This document shows positions 1 to 9,121 of a stretch of DNA of 64,000 nt, one piece after another. The first letter of the stretch is position 1; each line of letters opens with the position of its first letter. A model generated the notes under the pieces. That model was not told where the DNA came from. It did not search any database and saw only the letters and a program-made list of their open reading frames with translations. The stretch lies in the NCBI GenBank assembly GCA_043809315.1, contig JAZDDX010000029.1:1-64000 (forward strand), given 5' to 3'. Made by a program: the position numbers and the translations under genes. This DNA is from Pseudomonadota bacterium (GTDB lineage: Bacteria; Bdellovibrionota_G; JALEGL01; DATDPG01).

Positions 1-1
1 T

Positions 2-1012
2 TCCCTCCAGTTCGGCGCCGCCGTCGTCCACCAGCGGGCGCTCCGTCCGGAGTTCATCGCCTGGACGATGAAGACCTACAGGATCAGCCACATGGCGGTC
101 GTTCCGATGCTCTTGAAAGCAATCGAAGGGAAGATCCGCGAAAGACTTGCGTCCCTCCCGCCCTGGAAACGCCCCCTCTTCGGAACCCTCCAGGGGATCA
201 ACCGATTTCTGACACGCAAAACGCCGAATGCGAGCGTGAGCCACGCGCTTCTCCGGCCGATCCACAGATCGTTCGGCGGAAAGATCCAGCTCCTCTTCGC
301 GGGCGGCGCCTTCGTCGACCCTGGTACGGCGCAGTTCCTCTACGATCTCGGGATCCCGGTCGTCATCGGGTACGGCCTGACCGAGGCGGGAACAGTTCTC
401 ACGGTGAACGATCTTCACCCGTATCGAAGCGACACCGTCGGGAAACCGATCCGGAACGTCGAGCTTGCGGTCCGCGACAAGAACCCGGCTGGAATCGGCG
501 AACTCTGGGTCAAGGGGCCGACCGTGATGAAGGGGTACCTCGACGATCCGGAGATGACGGCCGAGACGATCATCGATGGGTGGCTCCGAACCGGCGATCT
601 CGGGTATGTCGATGAGACCGGGCACGTGAAGCTCGTCGGCCGGGCGAAGAACATGATCGTCACGGAGGGGGGGAAGAACATCTACCCCGAGGATCTCGAG
701 GCAACGTTTGACGGCCTCCCCGACACCCACGAACACTGCGTCTTTGCGGCGAACTACGTCTGGCCGACGCAAACGCTGACCGGGGAAAAGCTGATGATCG
801 TCCTCCGCCCGAAAGAGGCGGAGCGACTCGAACCACTCCTCCGGGAAGTGCGGCAAAGAAACGGGCGGCTCGCCGACTACAAGCGGATCGCCGGATACGT
901 CGTCTGGCCGGAGGAGTTTCCGCGAACCGCGTCTCTCAAACTGAAGCGTGATCTTCTGGCGGATGCACTCCGCAAAACGCACGGCCGCGACGAGGTCTGG
1001 AAGGAACTGTAG
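2..1012 (+). CDS. Long-chain fatty acyl-CoA synthetase (AMP-binding), 5' end outside window
   Basis: Frame open from the window edge; adenylate-forming motifs GYGLTE, WLRTGDLG, GRAKNMIVTEGGKNIYP. Confidence 0.85.
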   Translation, partial: SLQFGAAVVHQRALRPEFIAWTMKTYRISHMAVVPMLLKAIEGKIRERLASLPPWKRPLFGTLQGINRFLTRKTPNASVSHALLRPIHRSFGGKIQLLFAGGAFVDPGTAQFLYDLGIPVVIGYGLTEAGTVLTVNDLHPYRSDTVGKPIRNVELAVRDKNPAGIGELWVKGPTVMKGYLDDPEMTAETIIDGWLRTGDLGYVDETGHVKLVGRAKNMIVTEGGKNIYPEDLEATFDGLPDTHEHCVFAANYVWPTQTLTGEKLMIVLRPKEAERLEPLLREVRQRNGRLADYKRIAGYVVWPEEFPRTASLKLKRDLLADALRKTHGRDEVWKEL

Positions 1013-1014
1013 GA

Positions 1015-1914
1015 ATGGAACGGTTGCTTGCCATCGTGAACCCGGCCGCCGGAGGGGGGGGCGGGAAGAAAGAGGGGGAGAAAGCGATCGGTCGCTTCCG
1101 GAGCGCCGGATTTTCCGTCGAGGTGGCCGAGACCTCCCGCCCCGGAGACGCCAGTCGGATCGCCACGGAAGCGTATGCGAATGGCGAACGGAACTTCGTT
1201 TCGGTCGGCGGGGACGGGACCGGGTTCGAGATCGTGAACGGACTTTTCCCGGTCGCGACGGAAAAGCAGGAGCGCCCCTCCCTCGGGTTCGTCCCGGTCG
1301 GAACGGGGAACTCGTTCCTCCGGGATTTCACGAACGCCGGCACCCAATACGCGATCGATTCGATCGTCAGCCACAAGAAACGGTCCTGCGACGTCCTCCG
1401 GGTTCGTCACACGGAGGGAACCCTCTATTTTCTGAACCTTCTGACGATCGGCTTCGCCGCCGAGGTCGCGGCACTCCGGAACCGGAGATTCACCGCGCTC
1501 GGAGAGTTCGGTTATATTCTCGCCACGTTCGCGAAACTGGCGACCCTTGACTCGCACCCGATCCCTTTCCGCGTCGACGACGCGCCGTTCGATCGGGAGC
1601 CGGTGACGTTCATCTCGATCAACAACAGTCGCTACACAGGGGGCCACATGCTCATGGCGCCCGAAGCGGACACCTCCGACGGATACGCCGACCTGATTCG
1701 CGTCGCCCCCCTCGGACGTCTCGCGCTCGTACGGGCGTTCCCGCGGATCTTCAAGGGGACCCACACCCTGTTGCCGGCGGTGACCTGCCGTAGAGTCAAG
1801 AGGATCGACTTCGACCTCGACCGGAAGGTGGTCGTTCAGATCGACGGCGAAACATTGACGCTTCAACCGGAACGGGTCGACGTGATGCCGAGCGCCCTGG
1901 AGGTCTGCGCATGA
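1015..1914 (+). CDS. Diacylglycerol/lipid kinase family protein (YegS/DgkB-like)
   Basis: IVNPAAG, GGDGT, PVGTGNSF and QIDGE motifs. Confidence 0.85.
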   Translation: MERLLAIVNPAAGGGGGKKEGEKAIGRFRSAGFSVEVAETSRPGDASRIATEAYANGERNFVSVGGDGTGFEIVNGLFPVATEKQERPSLGFVPVGTGNSFLRDFTNAGTQYAIDSIVSHKKRSCDVLRVRHTEGTLYFLNLLTIGFAAEVAALRNRRFTALGEFGYILATFAKLATLDSHPIPFRVDDAPFDREPVTFISINNSRYTGGHMLMAPEADTSDGYADLIRVAPLGRLALVRAFPRIFKGTHTLLPAVTCRRVKRIDFDLDRKVVVQIDGETLTLQPERVDVMPSALEVCA

Positions 1915-2651
1915 AACTGCTGCAGTACATTTTCTCGGCGGCCGTCTGGACCCTCTCGTTCGCCTGGATGTCGATCCTGGCGATCGCAACGTTGATCTTT
2001 TCAGCGATCTTTTCGTACCGGAGAGTCCACAGCTGGATCCCCGCCCCCGGCTTCGCCCTGATCCCGCGGATGACCTTAAGCCGCCTCAACATCACGTACG
2101 ATCCGAAGCTCGACCGGAAACGCTTGAGCGTCTTCTGCTTCAACCACACGAACCTTCTCGACGCGCACGTCACCTCCGCATCGATCCCGCACGCCTTCTG
2201 CGGCCTGATGAACGCCTGGCAGTTCAAAATCCCGTTCTACGGCTGGCTGATGAGGATGTCGAAAGGGATCCCGGTCCATCGACGGAGCGGAACGAGCATC
2301 CAGGAGCAGATTACGCGCGAGGCGAAAAAGCGGAAAGAGATCGGGTTCTCGATCCTCGTTTTCCCGGAAGCGCACCGGACGCGGGACGGCCGAGTGCACA
2401 CGTTCCATAAAGGGGTTTTTCTGATGGCGCGCGACGCCGGGTACCCGGTGGTCCCGTGCGCGATCCGCGGGAGCTATGCCGTCAACCGGAAGGGATCGTT
2501 TCTGTTTGCGCCGGGCAAGATCGACGTCTGGATCGGCCCGCAATACGAGACGACAGGGCTCTCCGATCCGGAGATCGGCGCGTTGGCCCGGGAGTTTCAG
2601 CAGATCATCACCGAGTACGTGGAGTACGAAGAGAAGGAGAAAGCGGCATGA
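1911..2651 (+). CDS. 1-acyl-sn-glycerol-3-phosphate acyltransferase (PlsC family)
   Basis: NHxxxxD (NHTNLLD), FPEAHRT block, N-terminal hydrophobic segment; ATGA overlap. Confidence 0.8.
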   Translation: MKLLQYIFSAAVWTLSFAWMSILAIATLIFSAIFSYRRVHSWIPAPGFALIPRMTLSRLNITYDPKLDRKRLSVFCFNHTNLLDAHVTSASIPHAFCGLMNAWQFKIPFYGWLMRMSKGIPVHRRSGTSIQEQITREAKKRKEIGFSILVFPEAHRTRDGRVHTFHKGVFLMARDAGYPVVPCAIRGSYAVNRKGSFLFAPGKIDVWIGPQYETTGLSDPEIGALAREFQQIITEYVEYEEKEKAA

Positions 2652-3271
2652 CCGAGATGGCAGTCGACAAGAGAATCACACGGGCGATCGACCAACGGAA
2701 GCAGCGCAAGGGGGAGATCGTGAAGGCGGCGCGCAGATTGATCAGCGAGAAGGGGTACGCAGCCACGTCGATCGCCGACATCCTGGAAGTGGCCGACATC
2801 TCGCGCGGCACGTTTTACACCTACTTCGAGAGTCGCGAGGCTCTCTTCCACGACCTGGTCGACGACTTCGCCCGCCGTTTGATGGCCTGCATCCAGCCGG
2901 TGAAAAAGAATGCCGGGGATCCGATGCAGCTCCTCGAAGCGAACGTCCGCCGCGTGATCGACCTCTTTCTCGAAAACCGGGATTTGACGGTGATTCTGCT
3001 TCGCGAGGCGGTGGCACACGATCGCCTCGTCGATCAGAAATTGCAGCACCTCTACGCGTTTCTGCACCACAACCTTGTCGCCGCGCTCGAGAACGGCGCC
3101 GCGTGGGGGTTGATCCGAAAGGTCGATGAGAAACTCATCTCGGTGGCTCTCTTGGGGAGCATCAAAGAGGTTCTGTATCAATACCTCGTCGTAAAAAAGG
3201 AACCGCTCCCGGACACCGCCGCCATCTCCCGCGAGTTGGTCAATTTCGGTCTCCGCGGCTTAGTCGCTTGA
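2648..3271 (+). CDS. TetR/AcrR family transcriptional regulator
   Basis: HTH GYAATSIADILEVADISRGTFYTYFESRE; ATG at 2648 overlaps the upstream stop. Confidence 0.9.
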   Translation: MTEMAVDKRITRAIDQRKQRKGEIVKAARRLISEKGYAATSIADILEVADISRGTFYTYFESREALFHDLVDDFARRLMACIQPVKKNAGDPMQLLEANVRRVIDLFLENRDLTVILLREAVAHDRLVDQKLQHLYAFLHHNLVAALENGAAWGLIRKVDEKLISVALLGSIKEVLYQYLVVKKEPLPDTAAISRELVNFGLRGLVA

Positions 3272-3274
3272 CCG
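3251..3274 (+). repeat. 24-bp direct repeat, copy 1 (CTCCGCGGCTTAGTCGCTTGACCG)
   Basis: Identical to 6871-6894; flanking bases differ. Confidence 0.95.
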
Positions 3275-3361
3275 GTTCCGGTTGGGCAGTTTCTCGGCAC
3301 AAACCGTCGCCGAGGGTCGCGATTATCGCTTAATATTCGGACACTTAGATTGGCTTAAGCG

Positions 3362-3378
3362 TTGGCCCGAGGCTTGCT
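3362..3378 (+). promoter_or_regulatory. Putative sigma54 (-24/-12) promoter of the subtilase gene
   Basis: TTGGCCCGAGGCTTGCT = TGG-N10-GC with TTGC; nearly the same as the sites at 30858 and 32530. Confidence 0.65.
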
Positions 3379-3391
3379 GACACTAATGAGC

Positions 3392-6300
3392 ATGACTCCC
3401 CATGATCGCCGTTTGGTCTCAATCGGATCGGCGCTTCTCTTCCTGGCGGCCTGCTCGACGCCGGGAACTCCGGATCGGAAAAGCCTTGTCCCCCAGGCCT
3501 TGATCTCTCAAGAATCCCTCACATTTCCAAAGAGTGACGGTACGTTCGGATCGCAGCGATCTCAGGCTCCGTTTTCGCCGACGCATGTTGTCGTCAAGTT
3601 CAAATCGACCATTGCACTCGCGACATCCAACGCTTCTCGGGGAATTGCCACAGCTCCGACTGCTTCGTTGAGTTCGCTATACTCCAAGTACGGAGTCCAA
3701 CGCGCTTCGGCGCTCTTCACATTTGCCGCACCGGCGGCAACCAACGCTTTTCCGACGGTTCTCGATGCGGTCAAACGAAAATTCCCCAAACGGACCCTTC
3801 GCGCCCCGGCCAGCGCCGTCGCACCGGATCTGTCCCGAATCTACGTCCTTACGGTTCCGGACGGAACGGACATTCCTAGAACCGTCGCCGGCTTCGCAGC
3901 CGATCCCGCAATCGAATGGGCCCAACCGGAATATCGTTACACGATCTCCTCCTCGTCACTGCCAAACGACACGTACGTCGATCCCGATCAAAATGGAACC
4001 TGGGCCGTCGGCTCTCTTCCCGGCTTCAGTGCTCTCTTCGATCTTTGGGGACTTGAACGGATCGGAATGAAGGACGCATGGGCGATCACCCAAGGGGTGG
4101 GGGTCGTCGTCGCCGTCGTCGACACCGGCGTCGACTACAAACACAAAGAGTTCTTCCGCGACACGAACGGAAACGGGGTTCTCGATCCGGGGGAGCAATA
4201 CAATATCTGGATTAACCCGGGTGAGGATTTAAACCACAACGGAACCGTTGATGGAACCGACACCTGTCCGATTCCCAACGGAGATTTCGACTGCGTCGAC
4301 AACGACGGGAATGGTTTTGTCGATGACATCGCCGGCGGCAGCTTCGCGGGGGGTTCGAACGACCCGATGGATCCTCACGGACACGGCACCCACGTGGCGG
4401 GAACGATCGCGGCCGTGGGGAACAATGCGCTCGGTCTCGTCGGCGTGGCGCCGAAGGTGAAGATCATGGCGGTCAAGGCCCTCCCTTACGGCAACCTTGC
4501 CAACGCGGTTCTGTATGCTGCTTTGAACGGCGCGGACATCATCAACAACAGCTGGGGATGCGTCGGAGCGCACTTGAAAGACCACGCCCTCGAGGAGGCG
4601 TTCACCACGGCCTATTCTCTCGGCGTGGTTTCGGTCTTCGCAGCCGGAAACGACGCCGTCCCGGCGGATCTTTGCAGCCCCACCAATATGACGGATGCAA
4701 AACCGATCGTCGTAGCCGCATCGTCGCATGACGCCGGAGACGCGATCTGGGAGCATTCCGACTCGGGTGTTCTCATCGACGTCGCGGCCCCCGGCGTAAA
4801 CATTCTCTCCCTTCGAGCTTCGGCCTACGTGGGCGGCGATGGAATGCCGCTCATCGTCGACAACGATTACCTGATGGCAACCGGAACTTCCATGGCCGCC
4901 CCCCATGTCTCCGGCATGGCGGCGCTGGTCCTTGCTCTCCACCCGACATTAACCAATGAGGAGGTCCGCCAGATCCTTCGGGTTTCCGCGCGCGACACCG
5001 GAACGCCGGGATTCGATCTCCGAAACGGAGCGGGGCGGGTCGATCCTACGGCCGCCCTTGCTCTTTCTTCGGCTCCGACAGTCAAGATCGACACACCTGT
5101 CTACGGCGCGAGTTTTTCGTCTCTTTCCGGGACCGTGTCGATCACCGGATCGGCCGGAGGGCCGGGTTTTCAGCACTATCAATTGTTCGTCACCGATCGG
5201 ATTGAAACCCGCATGTCTTGGATCGCGCTTGGCCCGGTCGTTACGGCATCCGTGTCCAAAGGGAGCCTCGGCCAATTCGACCTCTCCCCCCTTTCCGACG
5301 GTCGGTATGACCTAATCCTGGTCGTGAAAACGAATGATGGAAAGGAGTTCCTCGACATTCACGAGCTGTTGGTCCAGGCGGCTCTTCCGCGTCTGCTCAG
5401 TGCGAGCGCAAGCTACGGCGATCCAGCCGTGTCCGGAAAGACCGTCGTCTGGCATGAGTTCGAGAACGATTTCAGCCGAATCCGCGCCATCAATCTGGAA
5501 TCGAACGTCGCGTATTGGATCACACCAGCCAGCTCGGACATGGGCGCGTTCTCCCCTGCGATCGACGGTTTCCGAATCGCATGGATTCAAAGCGATTTCG
5601 CGACCGGGAACCAAACCGTTCACAGCTGCGTGATCGACCCCGTATCCGGAAACTGTCCGGAGGAGCTGATCCCACTCACGGGAATGAACGACGATCATCC
5701 CGCCATCTCCGGAAGCCGCTTGGTCTGGCTCGCGAAGCCGAGGACTCCTCCCGCCAACCCCACAACCGATCCGGAGAGCGACGTCTATCTCTTCGACTTC
5801 GCTAATAACGGCGCCGGTCTTCAAAAGATCACTTCCCACGCGACCGCCGTGAACCGCGTGTCCATCTCGGGAACCAAACTGGTGTGGGAAGATCTTCGAA
5901 CCGGCTCGTCGGAGATCTATCTCTACGATCTCTCGGCTCCGACCAACGGCGAGGTGAGAATCACGCCGCAGGATTCGCCGGGAGATTTCCTCACACAAGG
6001 AATCGGCCTGAAACCGACGATTGTAGGGAATCGGATTGTCTATCAAATGCATCGTGGGGAATGGAACGGATTCTGGAAAATCTTTCTCTACGATCTCGAT
6101 CGAGCGGAATCCGGAGAACAGCAACTCAGCGAAGATAATGTGGCCGCTAATGATCTGGCGTTCTCCGGCCGGTTTGTGATCTGGAGCGAATCGGACGGTC
6201 AAGCAGATCTCATCCGTTTCGATCTCTCGACGCACAAACGAGAATCACTTACGCATAGCTGGGAGGACGAGCTACTACCGACCGCTTCGGGGGATCGGAT

Positions 6301-6868
6301 CGTCTATTTGAGAACGCCCCGAGAGGGGCTTGGGGGGAACAACAGCCTTTTCCTCTGGACCGCCGCAGCCAGGATCTCCGTTACGCCCGGGTGGAATCTC
6401 ATCTCGGTCCCGATGGAAGATCTGATCTCACGGCAAAAGGTCGATCTTTTCCCCTCCGCGACTTCGAGTGCCTTCGAATACACGGTAAAGGGGTACCAGG
6501 TGGCATCAACCCTCTCCCCCGGAAGGGGGTACTGGCTTAAATTTGGGGCCGCCGAAACAATCGCCCTCGTAGGAACGCCTCTCTCCACCATCGACGTGCC
6601 GGTGGAAAAGGGGTGGAACATCGTCGGGTCGGTCTTCAATCCGATCGAGACCTCCACCGTGATGTCGCCGTCCACACCGCCGATCGGGATCCTGGGTTCA
6701 TTCTTCGATTATTCCGGGGGTTACAACGCGAGAACGCAGCTCCAGCCAGGAACGGGATACTGGGTAAAGACCGACATGGCGGGGGTTCTGCGCTTTTCCA
6801 GCGGATCGACAACCGCGCCGCTCGCGCCCCAACTGCATTCTTCGACCGAAGTACCGGCCGCTTTCTAA
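3392..6868 (+). CDS. Lipoprotein S8 (subtilisin-like) peptidase with propeptide, beta-propeller-like repeats and a duplicated GWN domain
   Basis: Lipobox LAAC; triad VVDTG / HGTHVAG / GTSMAAPHVSG; AAGN oxyanion Asn; repeated PAISGxxxVW units; two GWN...PGxGYW repeats. Start may be 3386 or 3392. Confidence 0.9.
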   Translation: MTPHDRRLVSIGSALLFLAACSTPGTPDRKSLVPQALISQESLTFPKSDGTFGSQRSQAPFSPTHVVVKFKSTIALATSNASRGIATAPTASLSSLYSKYGVQRASALFTFAAPAATNAFPTVLDAVKRKFPKRTLRAPASAVAPDLSRIYVLTVPDGTDIPRTVAGFAADPAIEWAQPEYRYTISSSSLPNDTYVDPDQNGTWAVGSLPGFSALFDLWGLERIGMKDAWAITQGVGVVVAVVDTGVDYKHKEFFRDTNGNGVLDPGEQYNIWINPGEDLNHNGTVDGTDTCPIPNGDFDCVDNDGNGFVDDIAGGSFAGGSNDPMDPHGHGTHVAGTIAAVGNNALGLVGVAPKVKIMAVKALPYGNLANAVLYAALNGADIINNSWGCVGAHLKDHALEEAFTTAYSLGVVSVFAAGNDAVPADLCSPTNMTDAKPIVVAASSHDAGDAIWEHSDSGVLIDVAAPGVNILSLRASAYVGGDGMPLIVDNDYLMATGTSMAAPHVSGMAALVLALHPTLTNEEVRQILRVSARDTGTPGFDLRNGAGRVDPTAALALSSAPTVKIDTPVYGASFSSLSGTVSITGSAGGPGFQHYQLFVTDRIETRMSWIALGPVVTASVSKGSLGQFDLSPLSDGRYDLILVVKTNDGKEFLDIHELLVQAALPRLLSASASYGDPAVSGKTVVWHEFENDFSRIRAINLESNVAYWITPASSDMGAFSPAIDGFRIAWIQSDFATGNQTVHSCVIDPVSGNCPEELIPLTGMNDDHPAISGSRLVWLAKPRTPPANPTTDPESDVYLFDFANNGAGLQKITSHATAVNRVSISGTKLVWEDLRTGSSEIYLYDLSAPTNGEVRITPQDSPGDFLTQGIGLKPTIVGNRIVYQMHRGEWNGFWKIFLYDLDRAESGEQQLSEDNVAANDLAFSGRFVIWSESDGQADLIRFDLSTHKRESLTHSWEDELLPTASGDRIVYLRTPREGLGGNNSLFLWTAAARISVTPGWNLISVPMEDLISRQKVDLFPSATSSAFEYTVKGYQVASTLSPGRGYWLKFGAAETIALVGTPLSTIDVPVEKGWNIVGSVFNPIETSTVMSPSTPPIGILGSFFDYSGGYNARTQLQPGTGYWVKTDMAGVLRFSSGSTTAPLAPQLHSSTEVPAAF

Positions 6869-6870
6869 AC

Positions 6871-6894
6871 CTCCGCGGCTTAGTCGCTTGACCG
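6871..6894 (+). repeat. 24-bp direct repeat, copy 2; contains the TTG start of the radical SAM gene
   Basis: Identical to 3251-3274; begins 2 nt after the subtilase stop. Confidence 0.95.
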
Positions 6895-8006
6895 CGGCAC
6901 CCGTTCTTCGGCATCCTCCCCCCGTGCCACACCCGGGAACAACCGATTTCACGAAAACCCCCTTCCTCGTCATCTGGGAGACGACCCAGGCGTGCGACCT
7001 CACCTGCCGCCACTGCCGTGCCTCTGCCGAACCGCACCGGCATCCGACCGAACTGTCGACCGACGAAGGGAAAAAACTTCTCGCCGACATCCATCAGATG
7101 GGTTGCCGCATTGTCGTATTGAGCGGCGGGGATCCACTCAAACGCCCCGACCTCTACGATCTGATCCGCCACGGCCGCTCCCTCGGTCTCCGGATGGCGA
7201 CGATTCCGGCTGCAACCGATCTCTTAACCCGCGACGTTTTGGTGAAGCTCAAGGAATCGGGACTCGAACAGGTCGCCTTCAGCCTCGACTTCCCGACCGC
7301 CGAGCTTCACGACAACTTCCGCGGAACCCCCGGCGCCTACGCGAAGACGCTCCAGGGGGTTGAGTGGGCCCATTCGGTCAAGCTCCCGAGCCAGATCAAC
7401 ACGACGATCACCGCCCTCTCCCTCCCGTATCTGGAAACGATGGGAGAGCTGGTTCAGAAGTTCGGGATCGTTTTTTGGGAGGTGTTCTTCCTCATCCCGA
7501 TGGGACGGGGAAAGCTGCTGGAGGCGCTCGACGCCGAGCAATGCGAGGGGGCGTTCAAACTTCTCTATGATGTCCACAAACGCTGTTCGTTCGTCCTCAA
7601 GGTGACCGAGGCACCGCACTACCGCCGCTATGTCGCGCAGCGGGAAGGGGTGACGCAGGGACTCCCTGAGCGTCTCCGCCGCTCGGAAGGGCCGGGAGGG
7701 ACGGTTGGGTACGCGCTGCAAGCGGTGAACTCGGGGAACGGCTTCCTGTTCGTTTCGTTCGACGGGAACATCTTCCCGAGCGGATTTCTCCCCTCGTCCG
7801 GCGGGAACGTCCGGCGCGATTCGATTGCCGAGATCTATCGGAACGCCCCGCTCTTCCTCGACCTTCGGAACCCGTCGAAGCTCAAAGGGATCTGCGGACG
7901 ATGTGAGTACAAGGCGATCTGCGGCGGGTCGCGGTCACGCGCGTTCGCGACGACGGGGGACTATCTCGCGGCGGAACCTTGGTGTGTCTACCAGCCGCTC
8001 ACTTAG
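6888..8006 (+). CDS. Radical SAM/SPASM protein (AhbD/NirJ-like, resembles the TIGR04053 family)
   Basis: CDLTCRHC motif, SGGDPL, SPASM CGRCEYKAICGGSRSRA...EPWC. Confidence 0.85.
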   Translation: MTAAPVLRHPPPVPHPGTTDFTKTPFLVIWETTQACDLTCRHCRASAEPHRHPTELSTDEGKKLLADIHQMGCRIVVLSGGDPLKRPDLYDLIRHGRSLGLRMATIPAATDLLTRDVLVKLKESGLEQVAFSLDFPTAELHDNFRGTPGAYAKTLQGVEWAHSVKLPSQINTTITALSLPYLETMGELVQKFGIVFWEVFFLIPMGRGKLLEALDAEQCEGAFKLLYDVHKRCSFVLKVTEAPHYRRYVAQREGVTQGLPERLRRSEGPGGTVGYALQAVNSGNGFLFVSFDGNIFPSGFLPSSGGNVRRDSIAEIYRNAPLFLDLRNPSKLKGICGRCEYKAICGGSRSRAFATTGDYLAAEPWCVYQPLT

Positions 8007-8463
8007 CGGCTTTTTTCCCTTCCCCGGGAGGGGACGTGGCTATCAGATCGTCGAACTTCTTGAGCTGCTCTTTCGTGAGCACTTTCTTCTCGGTCAGCAC
8101 CGTCCAGGTCCGGAGCTTGATCAGCTCCCCCTGTAACGACCCGATCTGATCCGCCTTCTGATCGAGCTTCCTCTGGCTCGGATCGTCGTCGCGGAGAAGC
8201 TCGTGCAGCGCAAGGCGCGCTCGGTAGAGATCTTTCCAGAGCTTGCGCCGTTTTTCCTGCGCCTCCATTCGCACCTTCTCGAGCTTCTTGACCTGCGCTT
8301 CCATCAGGCCGAGTTCGGTCGTGTACCAGAGATAGACCGAATCATGCGCATCCCCCAAGTCGGCCCCGATCCAGTCTCCCGGTTGTTGCATCGCCGGGGG
8401 TTCTGCCCGGGCGAAGAAGGGAGTGAATGCGAGAAAAACGAAGAGAGGCAGATATCGTTTCAT
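7999..8463 (-). CDS. Periplasmic Spy/CpxP/ZraP-like helical protein
   Basis: Signal peptide MKRYLPLFVFLAFTPFFARA; LGLMEAQ and VLTKEQ (LTxxQ-like) motifs. Confidence 0.7.
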   Translation of the reverse strand: MKRYLPLFVFLAFTPFFARAEPPAMQQPGDWIGADLGDAHDSVYLWYTTELGLMEAQVKKLEKVRMEAQEKRRKLWKDLYRARLALHELLRDDDPSQRKLDQKADQIGSLQGELIKLRTWTVLTEKKVLTKEQLKKFDDLIATSPPGEGKKAAK

Positions 8464-8495
8464 GCGCTCATTTTCGGCCGCTTCTTCCCCATCCG

Positions 8496-9110
8496 TCAAG
8501 CGGATCGGAGCAGTCCGAGTTTGTCCGCGAGACGATATATTTGCGGACCTAAGGCGAAGGAACCGAGGATCAAAAGGGCAAGGCTCGTGTTGCCGACGAT
8601 GCCGCGAATGACCAGGGCCCTCTCGATCGAATATTTCCAGGACACCCATCCATAAAATGCCGCCTTCGCGATGAAGTAGGCGACCCAAAGAACCGTGAGC
8701 CAGCGGAAAAAAAGGACCTGTTTCGGTTTCATCGGCTCCGTCAGGTTCTTCTTTCTCTCAAAGAACTCCTGAATGATCGATTTCTCACCGAAAATCGTGG
8801 CTCCGAAAAAAAGCCCCACGATGACGTTCGTCATTGAGGCTTCATATTTGAAGAGAAACGAGTCCTTCAAGGTCAGATCAATCAGCCCGAAGACGATTGC
8901 GATCGTGGCCGAGAACTTGAAAAACATTGTCGTCTTCTCGCGGCGGGTTCGTTTGTAGACAATCTCGCCGATCGTCCAGATCACCGCCATCGCGATCGCC
9001 GGCTTGAGCCCCCAGAAGTGGTTTGTCGCGTAGAAAACGATCAGGGGCCCGAAGTTGGCAAAGGCATAGGTCACAGTCGACAACAGCTTGCCTTTCACTC
9101 CTCTCCGCAT
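8496..9110 (-). CDS. YciB/IspZ-like (intracellular septation A) inner-membrane protein
   Basis: About five TM helices; FGPLIVFY start and 'LTLKDSFLFKY' pattern. Confidence 0.6.
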   Translation of the reverse strand: MRRGVKGKLLSTVTYAFANFGPLIVFYATNHFWGLKPAIAMAVIWTIGEIVYKRTRREKTTMFFKFSATIAIVFGLIDLTLKDSFLFKYEASMTNVIVGLFFGATIFGEKSIIQEFFERKKNLTEPMKPKQVLFFRWLTVLWVAYFIAKAAFYGWVSWKYSIERALVIRGIVGNTSLALLILGSFALGPQIYRLADKLGLLRSA

Positions 9111-9121
9111 ATCCTTGCGCC

